Source of the DNA: Thermodesulfobacteriaceae bacterium
GTDB taxonomy: Bacteria; Desulfobacterota; Thermodesulfobacteria; Thermodesulfobacteriales; Thermodesulfobacteriaceae
Assembly: GCA_049414625.1 (NCBI GenBank)
Contig: JBMSAU010000110.1
Coordinates: forward strand, 13,915 to 77,914
DNA length: 64,000 bases
Reading direction: 5' to 3'
The notes under the pieces were generated by a model. That model made no database searches, had not been told where the DNA came from, and worked only from the letters and a program-made list of their open reading frames with translations. Position 1 is the stretch's first letter; every line of letters starts with the position of its first letter. The translations under genes and the position numbers were made by a program. Positions 29,067-39,135 of the stretch are shown here, piece by piece.

Positions 29067-30623
29067 CTAAAGCATATCTTTGATTGATTTTACGAATTTA
29101 TTCACATATTCTTGTTCCAAGCCAACTACATAATTTTGAACAAAGTTTATTGCTTCATCGCTATCCTCAACAACAATCACAGACGCATTTTTTGCTTTAT
29201 TAACAACAAGCATAACAATATCCAAAGGTAAATGTTGTCTCAATTTGTCTGATAACTCATTTAAAAACTTTAGTGAATATTTTCCTTTTAGTGATAGACC
29301 TCTGCTTCCATGACTGAACACAGGACCAACTATTAGATTGTATAGCAACATACCAAAGATATGCGGTGCAATTGACTTTAATATTTTTTCAGCTTCACTT
29401 CTGTTTTTAGCCGCTTTCAATATGGATATTAAATCATTGCTAGTTAATGTTGTAGTTTTCCAAGCAACCATACCTGATATATCTCGTAATGTTGTAAGAT
29501 CAAGATTTGCATTATAATCTTTCAATATACTTATTAACTCCATTTTTATGATATGTTCCAACATAGTTAACTTAACCTCTCCTCTACATATACGTTTAAA
29601 CAGATTTATCAAATACTCATTCAAAAAGTCTGGATTTTGTCTATTCAAAAAGCCTGCTAGCTTATACTCATCAGTCTGAGAGTTATATAGGAAATATCTC
29701 TTCTTAACTCCTGTTCCAAATGCAGAGTCTCCAACAAATTCCAATTTAACTTTTGGATAATGTGCTAGTACTTTTTGTTTGTATGTGTTTGTAGCAAATC
29801 TATGAGCATAAGTGTAAACCAAGGGTAAAATACTATTATTCAAAACATCTTCATGCAAAATATCATATTTATCGTAAACAAAGAAGCTATCTGTATCGTT
29901 ATACATTATGAATTGAGTATTTGCATCAAACTTTTTACGAGCGCTAATAAAATCATTTATATTAACAGACAAATCATTAATATTTTTTGTTTGTATATAA
30001 CGATTAATCAAAGCTGATGTTGTTAGAGATATATATTGTCCTGTTATTGTTATGGCTTCAGCAATGTATATATTGTAGAATGGAAATGAATCTGTTCCGA
30101 AGACACCGTACATGCTATTCATGGCAAGTTTGGTTGCATTCTGTATGAGATCTGCAACTTGATCGCCTTGCTTTGCCTTTGCCTTATATATATCTCTCAT
30201 TTTAATCCATTCAACTAAAGTCTTTTCTAGTAAGATAGATAACTGATTACCATTTGTTAGTAATCCATTAGGAGTAACAATTATGTTTTTGTTTTGTATT
30301 AAGTCCAGTAAATCTTGTCCATTCATTTCATGATTGGTAAATCGTTTTGTTGTTATAAACCATTTGTATTTGACAATTTCATCATACAATCCAAACCAAA
30401 ACAATGTTCCAAATATCCTACCTGCAAACCTACCTTTTGCAAAATTATTCCAATAGGATAAATCAGCTTCATTATTTGTTTCAATACATAACAATTCTTG
30501 CAAGTATTTCTCTTCGTTTTTTATGTTTGATCCTGATACAAATCCATGAACATCTAGAATATTGTTTGCTACCATGAGATTTGGATATAGTGAATTTACG
30601 TCAAAAACTTTTATTGTTGGCAT
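29067..30623 (-). CDS. family-B DNA polymerase, polymerase (palm/fingers/thumb) domain (polymerase fragment 2)
   Basis: Motif A is VFDVNSLYPN, motif B is KLAMNSMYGVFG, motif C is YNDTDSFF. The ATG at 30621-30623 (MPTIKVFDV) has its own exact CTAAATT-N7-ATG; the track extends to 30656. Confidence 0.9.
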   Translation of the reverse strand: MPTIKVFDVNSLYPNLMVANNILDVHGFVSGSNIKNEEKYLQELLCIETNNEADLSYWNNFAKGRFAGRIFGTLFWFGLYDEIVKYKWFITTKRFTNHEMNGQDLLDLIQNKNIIVTPNGLLTNGNQLSILLEKTLVEWIKMRDIYKAKAKQGDQVADLIQNATKLAMNSMYGVFGTDSFPFYNIYIAEAITITGQYISLTTSALINRYIQTKNINDLSVNINDFISARKKFDANTQFIMYNDTDSFFVYDKYDILHEDVLNNSILPLVYTYAHRFATNTYKQKVLAHYPKVKLEFVGDSAFGTGVKKRYFLYNSQTDEYKLAGFLNRQNPDFLNEYLINLFKRICRGEVKLTMLEHIIKMELISILKDYNANLDLTTLRDISGMVAWKTTTLTSNDLISILKAAKNRSEAEKILKSIAPHIFGMLLYNLIVGPVFSHGSRGLSLKGKYSLKFLNELSDKLRQHLPLDIVMLVVNKAKNASVIVVEDSDEAINFVQNYVVGLEQEYVNKFVKSIKDML

Positions 30624-30675
30624 AAATGAAAATTTAGATTGGATGCAAAAAAACAAGCCGCCTAAATTTTTTTGT

Positions 30676-31674
30676 ATGCTAGACGTTAGGAATATCTTTA
30701 ACTACTATGTATATAAGCCTATTTATTACAAACGAAATCACATATTAATACGGTGTCCTTTCTGTGGAGACAGTGTTAAAAATGTTATGCATGCTCATTT
30801 GTATATTGAACCAGATTTGATGGTATTTTGGTGTGCAAGATGTTATGAAGGTGGTTCGCTAGCCTATCTGCTAACCAAAATCAGAGACAGATTTTCAATT
30901 GATGTAAATCCGATAATAAACCAATTACGTAATGTTATAGTTAGTAATACTAGCTTACAAAAATCAAAACAAATAAACTTAGATATAACTTACATTGAGA
31001 TGCAAAAACTAAAACAAAAATTAAGTCAAGAATCTATTGCTAGGTATAGAAATGAGCTAGAGTATTACTTCATCAAAAAGCAAATCAATATCAGTGAACA
31101 TGTATTACATCAATTACCGATTGCTATGTATGATGTAGTGTACGATTATTTGCTACCACATAAAGATAGATTGGATAATTCACTAGTCGTATTTACAATC
31201 GGTAGTAGAGTAATTTACAGATATGATTATTTGAGTTTGTTACATAACTTCAAAACAGAAAGAAGGTTTATGAATCTCTATCTAGCAATAGGTAAAAGCT
31301 ATCAAGCTCTACAATATAGTTTGTTTACATTGCTACCATACAACTTTGATAGAAAGTTTTATCAATCATACAATCTAAGCAGAAAAAATTTACTACTTGT
31401 TTCTGAAGGATTAACTGATATGATATTGTATGCAGAACATTTACTAACAAGTGTAGATACACCAATAACTTGCTTAGTGTTAAATGGTAAATGGTATGAA
31501 ATTATAAAAGACTTTGAACCTTTGTTTGACAATATTACAGTAATTGTTGATAATGATGCTGCAACTAAAGCATACATAGCTGGTCTCAAGATAAACAGTA
31601 AACTAAGTTTTGTTATACCAGTTACAGGTAATGATCTTAGAGAGAGTAAAAAATATCTTGAAGTAGAAATTTAA
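30676..31674 (+). CDS. DnaG-like primase (zinc ribbon plus TOPRIM)
   Basis: CPFCGDS...CARCYEGG forms the zinc ribbon. LLVSEGLTDMI and VIVDNDAAT are TOPRIM E..D and DxD elements. The ATG at 30676 is chosen by the exact CTAAATT-N7-ATG (the track starts at 30562). Confidence 0.7.
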   Translation: MLDVRNIFNYYVYKPIYYKRNHILIRCPFCGDSVKNVMHAHLYIEPDLMVFWCARCYEGGSLAYLLTKIRDRFSIDVNPIINQLRNVIVSNTSLQKSKQINLDITYIEMQKLKQKLSQESIARYRNELEYYFIKKQINISEHVLHQLPIAMYDVVYDYLLPHKDRLDNSLVVFTIGSRVIYRYDYLSLLHNFKTERRFMNLYLAIGKSYQALQYSLFTLLPYNFDRKFYQSYNLSRKNLLLVSEGLTDMILYAEHLLTSVDTPITCLVLNGKWYEIIKDFEPLFDNITVIVDNDAATKAYIAGLKINSKLSFVIPVTGNDLRESKKYLEVEI

Positions 31675-31690
31675 TGAGCACATTTTTTGA

Positions 31691-32584
31691 ATGATAGATT
31701 TACTACAACAAAACTATTCTAAATTGAAAGCAATAGAAGAGTTTAGTTTTAAACATATGCTTAGTTCATCAGCAGCTAAAGACTTTGTTGATAACTTAGT
31801 TGCAGAACAAAACAACCCATATTTAAGCAAGATATACAATCATCTTATAGATAACAACATATTAGTTATAACATATGACAGAGATTTGATTAGCAGAACT
31901 ATAACATACTTTCTTGGTTTAATAGTTAGAGGTCCTATGGTTTTAGGTTTCCATAGTCCAGAGAATAAAAAGATTTATTTGTTGCTAGATAACAACTACA
32001 TAGTATCCAAGCATACAAACCAACATATTAATAAGAGAATTATACAAACATTAATACATGAAACTGTTCATTATTTTGCTACAGTAAAACCAAAAGAATT
32101 TTGTGAACAATTTGATACAATAATACAACGATTCTTCAAACTTGTTTTCTCAAACATAGACCCTAGGTTGGAGTATTATAAAATTGCAGATAGTTATTAT
32201 GATTTGTTATATAACAGTAGAAAACAAATCTTTACAAAAAGTTATTATCAGACTTGGTTTGATACATTTATAAACTATGGGCGTGATGAAGTATTAAATG
32301 CTTTTGTTAAAGATTCACAGTATGATAAGGCATTTAACTACATGATTAAACATCCAGTTTATTTAAAGATTGTTGCTACACTCTATGTGGCAAATGGAAA
32401 AAGAGAAGCTATACCCTATTCTTTCTTTGCTGATATGTATAATGCCTATGTTAAGCTAACAGGTCAGTTAACAATTAACCTATACTATCAGGAGTTATTT
32501 TATCCCGATGAAGTAATATGTGTGCTATCAGAAACAGATAAAAAGAGAGACAATATATTACAAAAGTTGTTACACTTGATCTAA
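31691..32584 (+). CDS. hypothetical protein with an HExxH motif (possible zinc metallopeptidase)
   Basis: LIHETVHYF is the only recognisable element. Confidence 0.45.
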   Translation: MIDLLQQNYSKLKAIEEFSFKHMLSSSAAKDFVDNLVAEQNNPYLSKIYNHLIDNNILVITYDRDLISRTITYFLGLIVRGPMVLGFHSPENKKIYLLLDNNYIVSKHTNQHINKRIIQTLIHETVHYFATVKPKEFCEQFDTIIQRFFKLVFSNIDPRLEYYKIADSYYDLLYNSRKQIFTKSYYQTWFDTFINYGRDEVLNAFVKDSQYDKAFNYMIKHPVYLKIVATLYVANGKREAIPYSFFADMYNAYVKLTGQLTINLYYQELFYPDEVICVLSETDKKRDNILQKLLHLI

Positions 32585-32594
32585 ATTTTTTTGT

Positions 32595-34187
32595 ATGAGT
32601 AATTTGACATATAAACCGACACAGTTATTAACTGCTACTATGTTATGCGTTCCATTTCTAAGATTTAACGATCCAAATAGATTGCAGATGGCTTCCAACC
32701 ATCTAAGACAATCTCTACCTTTGGTTAATGCTGAAATTCCGAGGATAAGAACTGGATTTGAGAATGTAATTGTTAAGAAAGCAGAAAGCTTTTACATTGA
32801 GACAAATACTTTTGAGAAAATTGATGAATTTATAGTTAAAACAGATGAAGGTTTGAAGTTTAATGCTATGTTTTTAAAATATGATGAGAAATTAAAAGTT
32901 GCATACAATCCTTATCATATATGTTTTGTCAGAGATATTGTTAGCGGTGGTTGGTGTCCTGAGCTCAAACTAGGAGTAAATGCTTTAGTTGGTTATATGT
33001 CTTACTATGGTTTCAACTATCAAGATGCCGTAGTAATATCTGAATCTTTTGCTAAAAGACTAAAACATATCGAGAGAAAAGTATTTATTATTAGATTGCC
33101 TGCAAATAGTCAATTAAAACATATCAGTAGTAATGACAATACTATTAGTTTGATACCAATACCAGGTAAAACATACAATACACTAATATCCTATGAGTAT
33201 ATTGAAGCAGGTGTATTACAACGAAAACAAATTAATGTTGACAATTTGCTTGTAGTTGATGTAAGAGTTAAAGCTCTACCAAATTACAGATTACCTGCAT
33301 CAGTAGCAGAATTCATCAAGAAAGCAAAGAAACCATTCAAACTAGCAAAATTAGAAACAGAACCTACACAAAAATATCCTATTGTTATACAAATAATTGG
33401 TTATGTTACCAGAGAAGCAACAATAGGAGATAAACTAACAAATAGACATGGAAACAAAGGAGTCATTGGCTTGATTGTTCCTGATGAAGAAATGCCCAAA
33501 ACAAAAGACGGAAAGATATTAGATATATTGTTCTCTCCTCTTTCTGTTCCATCCAGAATGAACCTAGGCCAATTAATGGAAAATTTGCTTGCAAAAATTG
33601 TCGTTAAGGTTGAACAACAGGTATTAGATTTGCTTAATAGGAATATGAGGGATAAAGCTCAAAAAATGTTGCTAGACTTTTTAAAGAGAGTTGAAAAACG
33701 AAGTTCATTTCATCATTTAATTGACAATGTTTTAACTAAAAGATGGGATTTATTGGAGTATAACCTAACAAAATATGGATTGAGCATCATACAACCACCT
33801 TTTAGTGAATTGAATGCAGAAGAGATAAAACAATTAGCCAAAGACTATAATGTCAAGGAAATAGATTATGTTAGAGTAGACAATTATGATGTTAGCATCA
33901 ATGTGGGTTATCAAACTATATTAAAACTAGAACATTTAGCATCAAGCAAAGTAACAGGAGCAGGCATAACAAACAATGAATACACTAATCCACAAAGAAT
34001 CGGAGAAATGGAAACTTGGAATATCATTGCTCACGATTATGATGAAATTAAGAGATTATTCCGCAGAAGTTATGAATTTGAAAAACTATCCTACTATAGC
34101 GATAAGTTTGGCTTTGATAGTTATATATTCAAACCTGATGTAAATAATGTATATCAAGTTTACAAGAAAGTTTTATTCAATGAGTAA
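32595..34187 (+). CDS. multisubunit RNA polymerase beta, C-terminal fragment
   Basis: [24 protein letters not shown] aligns with [39 protein letters not shown] aligns with [28 protein letters not shown] aligns with PLGVPSRMNIGQ. Exact CTAAATT-N7-ATG lies upstream. Confidence 0.9.
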   Translation: [530 protein letters not shown]

Positions 34188-34214
34188 TCTTTTTTTATTA
34201 CAGCACAAATGTAG

Positions 34215-34880
34215 ATGCATATAACAGAAGTAGTTGAGTATGTAAAAGGTATGCTAACAGGCTATGCAATTGATTTGGAGATAGATGATCAACAAATACA
34301 GAACATCATAAAAAATAGTGTCATATCGATACTAAACCAATATGTTCCACAAGTTAAGATCAGAACAATACCTCAAGCAAATTTTGATAATACAACTTGG
34401 ACTGTGGAATTACCTGAACAACAAGTTGTTAATATATTACATGTTAGCACGAAGCCATTTCCTCTGTATCCGTTATTATTGGCTAATCAACAAAGTTTGA
34501 TAGTTGCTCAAGAATTTGTTTCGAATAGAATTATAGATAGTTACTCCTATATATATGATGTTAGATTTAGTTTCATACCTCCAAACAAATTACAACTATA
34601 CAGTCAACCAATGTCTGATATAGTTGTAATGTATAGTTGCAGTTACAAAGATGATTTATCGGATGTCCCAAACAGTCTTGAATATTTGGTTAAAGCTCTT
34701 GCTCTTGCAAACGTTAAAATAGCAATAGGCAATATACGTACAAAATATCAAAGTTTCGACACTCCATTTGGAAGCATAACACTAGCATATGATATAAAAC
34801 AAGAGGGTATGGATGAACTGAGAACAATAATAGAGGAATTGAAAGTATCTCCTCCACCTATACCCGTTATAGTAGTGTAA
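34215..34880 (+). CDS. hypothetical protein
   Basis: ORF track entry. Confidence 0.6.
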   Translation: MHITEVVEYVKGMLTGYAIDLEIDDQQIQNIIKNSVISILNQYVPQVKIRTIPQANFDNTTWTVELPEQQVVNILHVSTKPFPLYPLLLANQQSLIVAQEFVSNRIIDSYSYIYDVRFSFIPPNKLQLYSQPMSDIVVMYSCSYKDDLSDVPNSLEYLVKALALANVKIAIGNIRTKYQSFDTPFGSITLAYDIKQEGMDELRTIIEELKVSPPPIPVIVV

Positions 34881-34909
34881 GTATAGCAACTTGTCTAAAT
34901 TTATATTAC

Positions 34910-35317
34910 ATGAGTACTTCTACTTTAAGACAAGGACTCTATACGATTGTCAGAGATCGTGAGAGCGGCAAATTGGGTTTATGCGCGCCATTCACTGTCA
35001 GGAATGTTGTATTACCTCTAAACATTAATCAATATAAAATCCATTTCATAACAAGATTTGACGAAAACAAACATGAAAAAATAATAGAGGTATTTCTGAT
35101 AGATGAAGAATTACAGAAACAATTGAAAAATATGTCTCCATATGGTGTTTATATTATACAAGATATAGAAACAAATTATTATGGCTTAAATGTACCTTTT
35201 TATTTCAGATATGAAACTCCATTTCAATTAAGAGTTGATGGACAAATATACACCATCGCATTCATACGCTATGGTAAGATAAAAGATAAAAAGTACAAAA
35301 AAGTAGCAAGAATATGA
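34910..35317 (+). CDS. hypothetical protein with two internally repeated modules
   Basis: CTAAATT-N8-ATG lies upstream. GLCAPFTVRN...YKIHFITRF parallels GLNVPFYFRY...YTIAFIRY. Confidence 0.6.
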   Translation: MSTSTLRQGLYTIVRDRESGKLGLCAPFTVRNVVLPLNINQYKIHFITRFDENKHEKIIEVFLIDEELQKQLKNMSPYGVYIIQDIETNYYGLNVPFYFRYETPFQLRVDGQIYTIAFIRYGKIKDKKYKKVARI

Positions 35318-35334
35318 AAAAATCTCTTTTTTTG

Positions 35335-36366
35335 CTAGGCTAGGTTTGTGGATAATAACACTACTAACAAATCTCTGTATAACGGATGACTCTCATCAAG
35401 ATATGTAGATAGGTTATTTGATAGTTCATTTGCAAAAGTTGTTAATCTATCATCTTCTATGTCAAATGAAGTTGTGTAGTATATGTATGCTCTTGGATTA
35501 GTAGCAAACAGTGTAGCTAGAAATTCAATTAACTGATTTGAGACATTACCAAATGTTATAGTTATTCCTGATGGCGTATTTGTTAGCAATGCTTCCAAGG
35601 ATTGTAAGTATTGATCTCTTGTAATGGTAGGCTGTATCGTTTCAGGTAGAATAGCAATTCCTACTAGTAAATCCTTAACTCCGCTTATAGCGTTATCGCA
35701 ATACGGAGATCGTATTAGGTTAGTGTAAACATGATCATAAAATCCTATTATATCCAATAGAATTCTACAAGAATCACCTGTTAAACACTCAGACCTGTAA
35801 ATTTGTGAACTAAAACAAATTGGTGTTTCTACATTATCATTTATACATATGAATGTATCTGTATGTATGGTACAGGATTGTTCGTAAAATTGTTCCTCGT
35901 ATTCCAAAAATCTGTTATCAATCTCATGTAACATCAAGTATAAAATTTTGTAAATAGTTGCCATCTGTTTATTGTGTTGTTCAATATAATCTAGCAAATC
36001 ATAAACATATTTATCTCTTTGTGAAACAAAACAAATTGATGTTTCTACATTATCATTTATACATATGAATGTATCTGTATGTATGGTATAGGATTGTTTT
36101 AGAAAATCGTAAAATTGTTTTTTGTATTCCAAAAATCTGTTATTAATCTCATAGACCGAATCACAAATTGTACTCATACTGTTTGTAGAATTCAAGCAAA
36201 TATTATTGGTAAAACCTAAATGTAAAAGGAAAAGTTCGTCTTTTTGATTGTTATATAGTATGTTCTCAACTAAAACAGAACAATCAATATTATCTGAGTC
36301 TTCATTACTACAACTTGAACAATATATATTTCTAATCAAGTCAACTATATAAAAATATTGCTTCAT
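35335..36366 (-). CDS. hypothetical protein containing an internal ~125-nt duplication
   Basis: ORF track entry. NRFLEY(K/E)(K/E)QFY...TIHTDTFICINDNVET(S/P)ICF occurs twice. Confidence 0.6.
   Translation of the reverse strand: MKQYFYIVDLIRNIYCSSCSNEDSDNIDCSVLVENILYNNQKDELFLLHLGFTNNICLNSTNSMSTICDSVYEINNRFLEYKKQFYDFLKQSYTIHTDTFICINDNVETSICFVSQRDKYVYDLLDYIEQHNKQMATIYKILYLMLHEIDNRFLEYEEQFYEQSCTIHTDTFICINDNVETPICFSSQIYRSECLTGDSCRILLDIIGFYDHVYTNLIRSPYCDNAISGVKDLLVGIAILPETIQPTITRDQYLQSLEALLTNTPSGITITFGNVSNQLIEFLATLFATNPRAYIYYTTSFDIEDDRLTTFANELSNNLSTYLDESHPLYRDLLVVLLSTNLA
35812..36152. repeat. two near-identical ~125-nt direct copies (35812-35936 and 36027-36152) inside one CDS
   Basis: Aligned by eye. 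The copies differ by a few transitions and one 9-nt indel. Confidence 0.85.
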
Positions 36367-36399
36367 GTTGGTAGTTGCTTACTGATTAGCACAAAATTT

Positions 36400-37212
36400 A
36401 TGCTTGCACAGCAAAAGCCAATATCATCTAAGCTAAGAAACAAGCTATTGGTATTGATAAATAGATTAGGAGTAAGAAGTTTGAATGATCTCATACTAAA
36501 TCAAAAAATAAACAAGAAATTTTACAAGTATGTATTTGACATACATGTTAATGCAAACGATATTAGTGAAACTCTTGTTAACAATCTATACACAAACATA
36601 AAGCAATTTTATGCAAAACATGGATTAAATATAACTTTAAATAGTTCAGATATTGCAACTCTGATAGGACTTAGGGCTGGAACCTATGCAACCTTAAAGC
36701 TTATTAAACAAAAAGTTTTGTTTGATGAAAATTATGCTCAGATAAAACCTAGTTCTGATGTGACAATAGATAGTTTTATAGAATCTGCTATTACAACAAA
36801 GGATTACAATATATCTTACTTCTTACTGTATTTGGATTATACACCTGATGATTTATTAAATTTGTTGCTTGATGGTATTAACATACTTACAAAAGCAGAC
36901 AAGTATGATAGCGATTACAATTTTGCTGCTGTAACAATGATTTTGTATATATCCATGATTGTTAAAACTATTCGTGATAGTTATAATAGATTGGTTAGAT
37001 CGTCTCCACTATATGGAACAATATTGTATTTATCCTTCATGATAAGATATTATGTTATATTATTGGATTTGAGAAACAATTTAAAAAATATAATGACTAA
37101 AATTAGTGACACTGAAATAGAGGGAACAACATTAAAGAAATATAAACAAATAAAACAGGATTATCTCAGATTTCTAATACAACCCACAAAAATTTATCCA
37201 TCAAGCATGTAA
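36400..37212 (+). CDS. hypothetical protein
   Basis: The track starts at 36358, overlapping the divergent gene start. The ATG at 36400 follows CACAAAATTT. Confidence 0.5.
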   Translation: MLAQQKPISSKLRNKLLVLINRLGVRSLNDLILNQKINKKFYKYVFDIHVNANDISETLVNNLYTNIKQFYAKHGLNITLNSSDIATLIGLRAGTYATLKLIKQKVLFDENYAQIKPSSDVTIDSFIESAITTKDYNISYFLLYLDYTPDDLLNLLLDGINILTKADKYDSDYNFAAVTMILYISMIVKTIRDSYNRLVRSSPLYGTILYLSFMIRYYVILLDLRNNLKNIMTKISDTEIEGTTLKKYKQIKQDYLRFLIQPTKIYPSSM

Positions 37213-37214
37213 AA

Positions 37215-37430
37215 TTATACTACATCTTCGGCTTTAACAGGAACAAGTATTATATCTGCCATAATCGCTTCACAATTATTCTTTTCTTCTTCATCTAACT
37301 CAATAATTTCTCCTGGATATATGTAGTCGAGTTTACGAATAGGATTATCTTCTTTTACATCTAGCATGCTAATCAATATTGGTTGACTTGATCCACTTTT
37401 ACGATTGATGATATATTTTTGTCTACGCAT
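37215..37430 (-). CDS. hypothetical small protein
   Basis: ORF track entry. Confidence 0.5.
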   Translation of the reverse strand: MRRQKYIINRKSGSSQPILISMLDVKEDNPIRKLDYIYPGEIIELDEEEKNNCEAIMADIILVPVKAEDVV

Positions 37431-37470
37431 TGTAAATAGATGCTAAATAGGTAAAAAAGCTAACAAGGTT

Positions 37471-39111
37471 ATGGCTTCATTGCAAGCAAGTGATCTAGTA
37501 ATAGCTTACAATGTTGGGAAAATACTTAAAAATGTCAAAATATACACTAGTAAACAAGAAGTTGCTCTTACAGATGATGTAGATATATTAGATGTATTAC
37601 TTGAACAAACATCTAGTAATGCAACAGTACATATAAAAAATGTAGCCATAGGTAAAACCAGTATACCCGTTTCTGATATTAGAGTAGAGGTAGAAGGTAA
37701 TGTAAATAGAGTTGTTACATTTAAAGACGAAAAACAAGTTAAGGAAATACAAACAAAGCTAGCAGATTCAATTAACCAAAATCCAAACGGTAAAATTAAA
37801 ATGATTTTTAAGGAAGCAGAAAGAAAAGTCGAAGTGTATTATAACGATCAACTTATATCAGAGGGTAGATTAATATCACTAAATCCAGTTAACTTAGTTA
37901 GCAAAGGAACTGCTGTTAAAGAGTTTGCTCAGGAATTTGATTTTAGCGAACAACAATTAAACGAAGGTAGTGGAATAGTAGCTATAAAGAAGGAAGATCA
38001 AAGTGTTATATTGATGTTTGATGATGGTGAAGAAGTAAAAGTTGATAGGACAATCTTTGAGTTCATGAAACCAATAATAACTGCCGTAAAACAAGAACAA
38101 ACAGGAAATCAAAATAATACCATATCAAATCGTGGTGCACTAAAGCTTCCTGTGGTTGTGTTCAAAGTGGTTATAACTAATCTCTTTAGAGTTCTACGAG
38201 CTGTTATAACCAATAAATTCCTACTAGTGTTTCTGCTTGGTGCAGGTTTAAGTATAATACTACTTAAATTTGTCATTCCTTATATTACTTCAATTCAAGG
38301 AGTTGATCAAGTTTTAGGAAAAGTTTCATCTACATTCAAATCTATTATTAATCATCTTGGTATTGGAAAGGGAATTGAAGAGACAACAACATCAGCAACA
38401 ACAGATGTTATACATGGTCAGCAATCAATGCAACTTACACCACCTGCTGATACTACAACTCAAACATCTCAAGTAAGTGAATCAGCTATACTTCCAAGAA
38501 TAGCTATTGGTGCTGGTATAGGATTAGTTATAGCCTTTGCAATAAGAAAGTTGCTTAATAGTAAAAACAATTTAAAACAGGAATCTATTGAGCAAATAGT
38601 TGAAAAAGAGTTTACTATTCCTTCAGCAGTTATTCCAGATTTTAATACTGTTGCAAGTTCTAATCCGAATTTAGCCTTAGTTATAAGTGTACTCTGTTTG
38701 TATTCAATCCTCTGGATCGGATACTACATACTTGATAAATTTGGACAAGGTTTCCTATCAGGTATTTTATCGATTTTAAGTATATTATCATTTATTGGTT
38801 TTATGGTAATTATAGCTTACGCAATGTCTGGTGGAAAGCTAGACACTACTAATACCTTTCTTGCGATAGTAAAAACTGGCTATCAGGTTGTGAAATTTAT
38901 ATTCAGTGGTGTTGCTTATTTATTTCAGAATTTCGGGCAATTACCAGGGCTTATACAATTTATAGCGATATTTTCAACAGGAGTATTTCTACTTGTTGCT
39001 TTCACACGTATAAGATCAATGCTAACAGGTGGTAATGCTATCACTATGGTAAACAGAGTTAGACAAGGACCAACGGCTCAAGATGCAGCTCTAGCTTATC
39101 GTGCAGCATAA
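37471..39111 (+). CDS. membrane protein, paralogue of 22650-24251
   Basis: The N-terminal domain is shared with 22650-24251. There are at least 6 hydrophobic helices in the C-terminal half. Confidence 0.65.
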   Translation: MASLQASDLVIAYNVGKILKNVKIYTSKQEVALTDDVDILDVLLEQTSSNATVHIKNVAIGKTSIPVSDIRVEVEGNVNRVVTFKDEKQVKEIQTKLADSINQNPNGKIKMIFKEAERKVEVYYNDQLISEGRLISLNPVNLVSKGTAVKEFAQEFDFSEQQLNEGSGIVAIKKEDQSVILMFDDGEEVKVDRTIFEFMKPIITAVKQEQTGNQNNTISNRGALKLPVVVFKVVITNLFRVLRAVITNKFLLVFLLGAGLSIILLKFVIPYITSIQGVDQVLGKVSSTFKSIINHLGIGKGIEETTTSATTDVIHGQQSMQLTPPADTTTQTSQVSESAILPRIAIGAGIGLVIAFAIRKLLNSKNNLKQESIEQIVEKEFTIPSAVIPDFNTVASSNPNLALVISVLCLYSILWIGYYILDKFGQGFLSGILSILSILSFIGFMVIIAYAMSGGKLDTTNTFLAIVKTGYQVVKFIFSGVAYLFQNFGQLPGLIQFIAIFSTGVFLLVAFTRIRSMLTGGNAITMVNRVRQGPTAQDAALAYRAA

Positions 39112-39135
39112 TATTTTTTTGTTAGCATCAGCTAA

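Noticed and set aside
30624-30656. N-terminal extensions in the supplied track that begin at TTG, GTG or an upstream ATG. Examples are 30656, 24918, 27664, 53400, 54010, 15163, 15261, 30562, 63543, 41088, 10901 and 10931.
   Set aside because: In each case an in-frame ATG lies exactly 7 nt after CTAAATT, or is simply the first ATG. The extension would overlap the neighbouring gene or the motif itself, so the shorter starts are used in the feature list.
35812-36152. The duplicated segment considered as a template/variable repeat pair of a diversity-generating retroelement.
   Set aside because: No reverse transcriptase gene is present in the window. The mismatches are ordinary transitions plus an indel, not adenine-specific substitutions.
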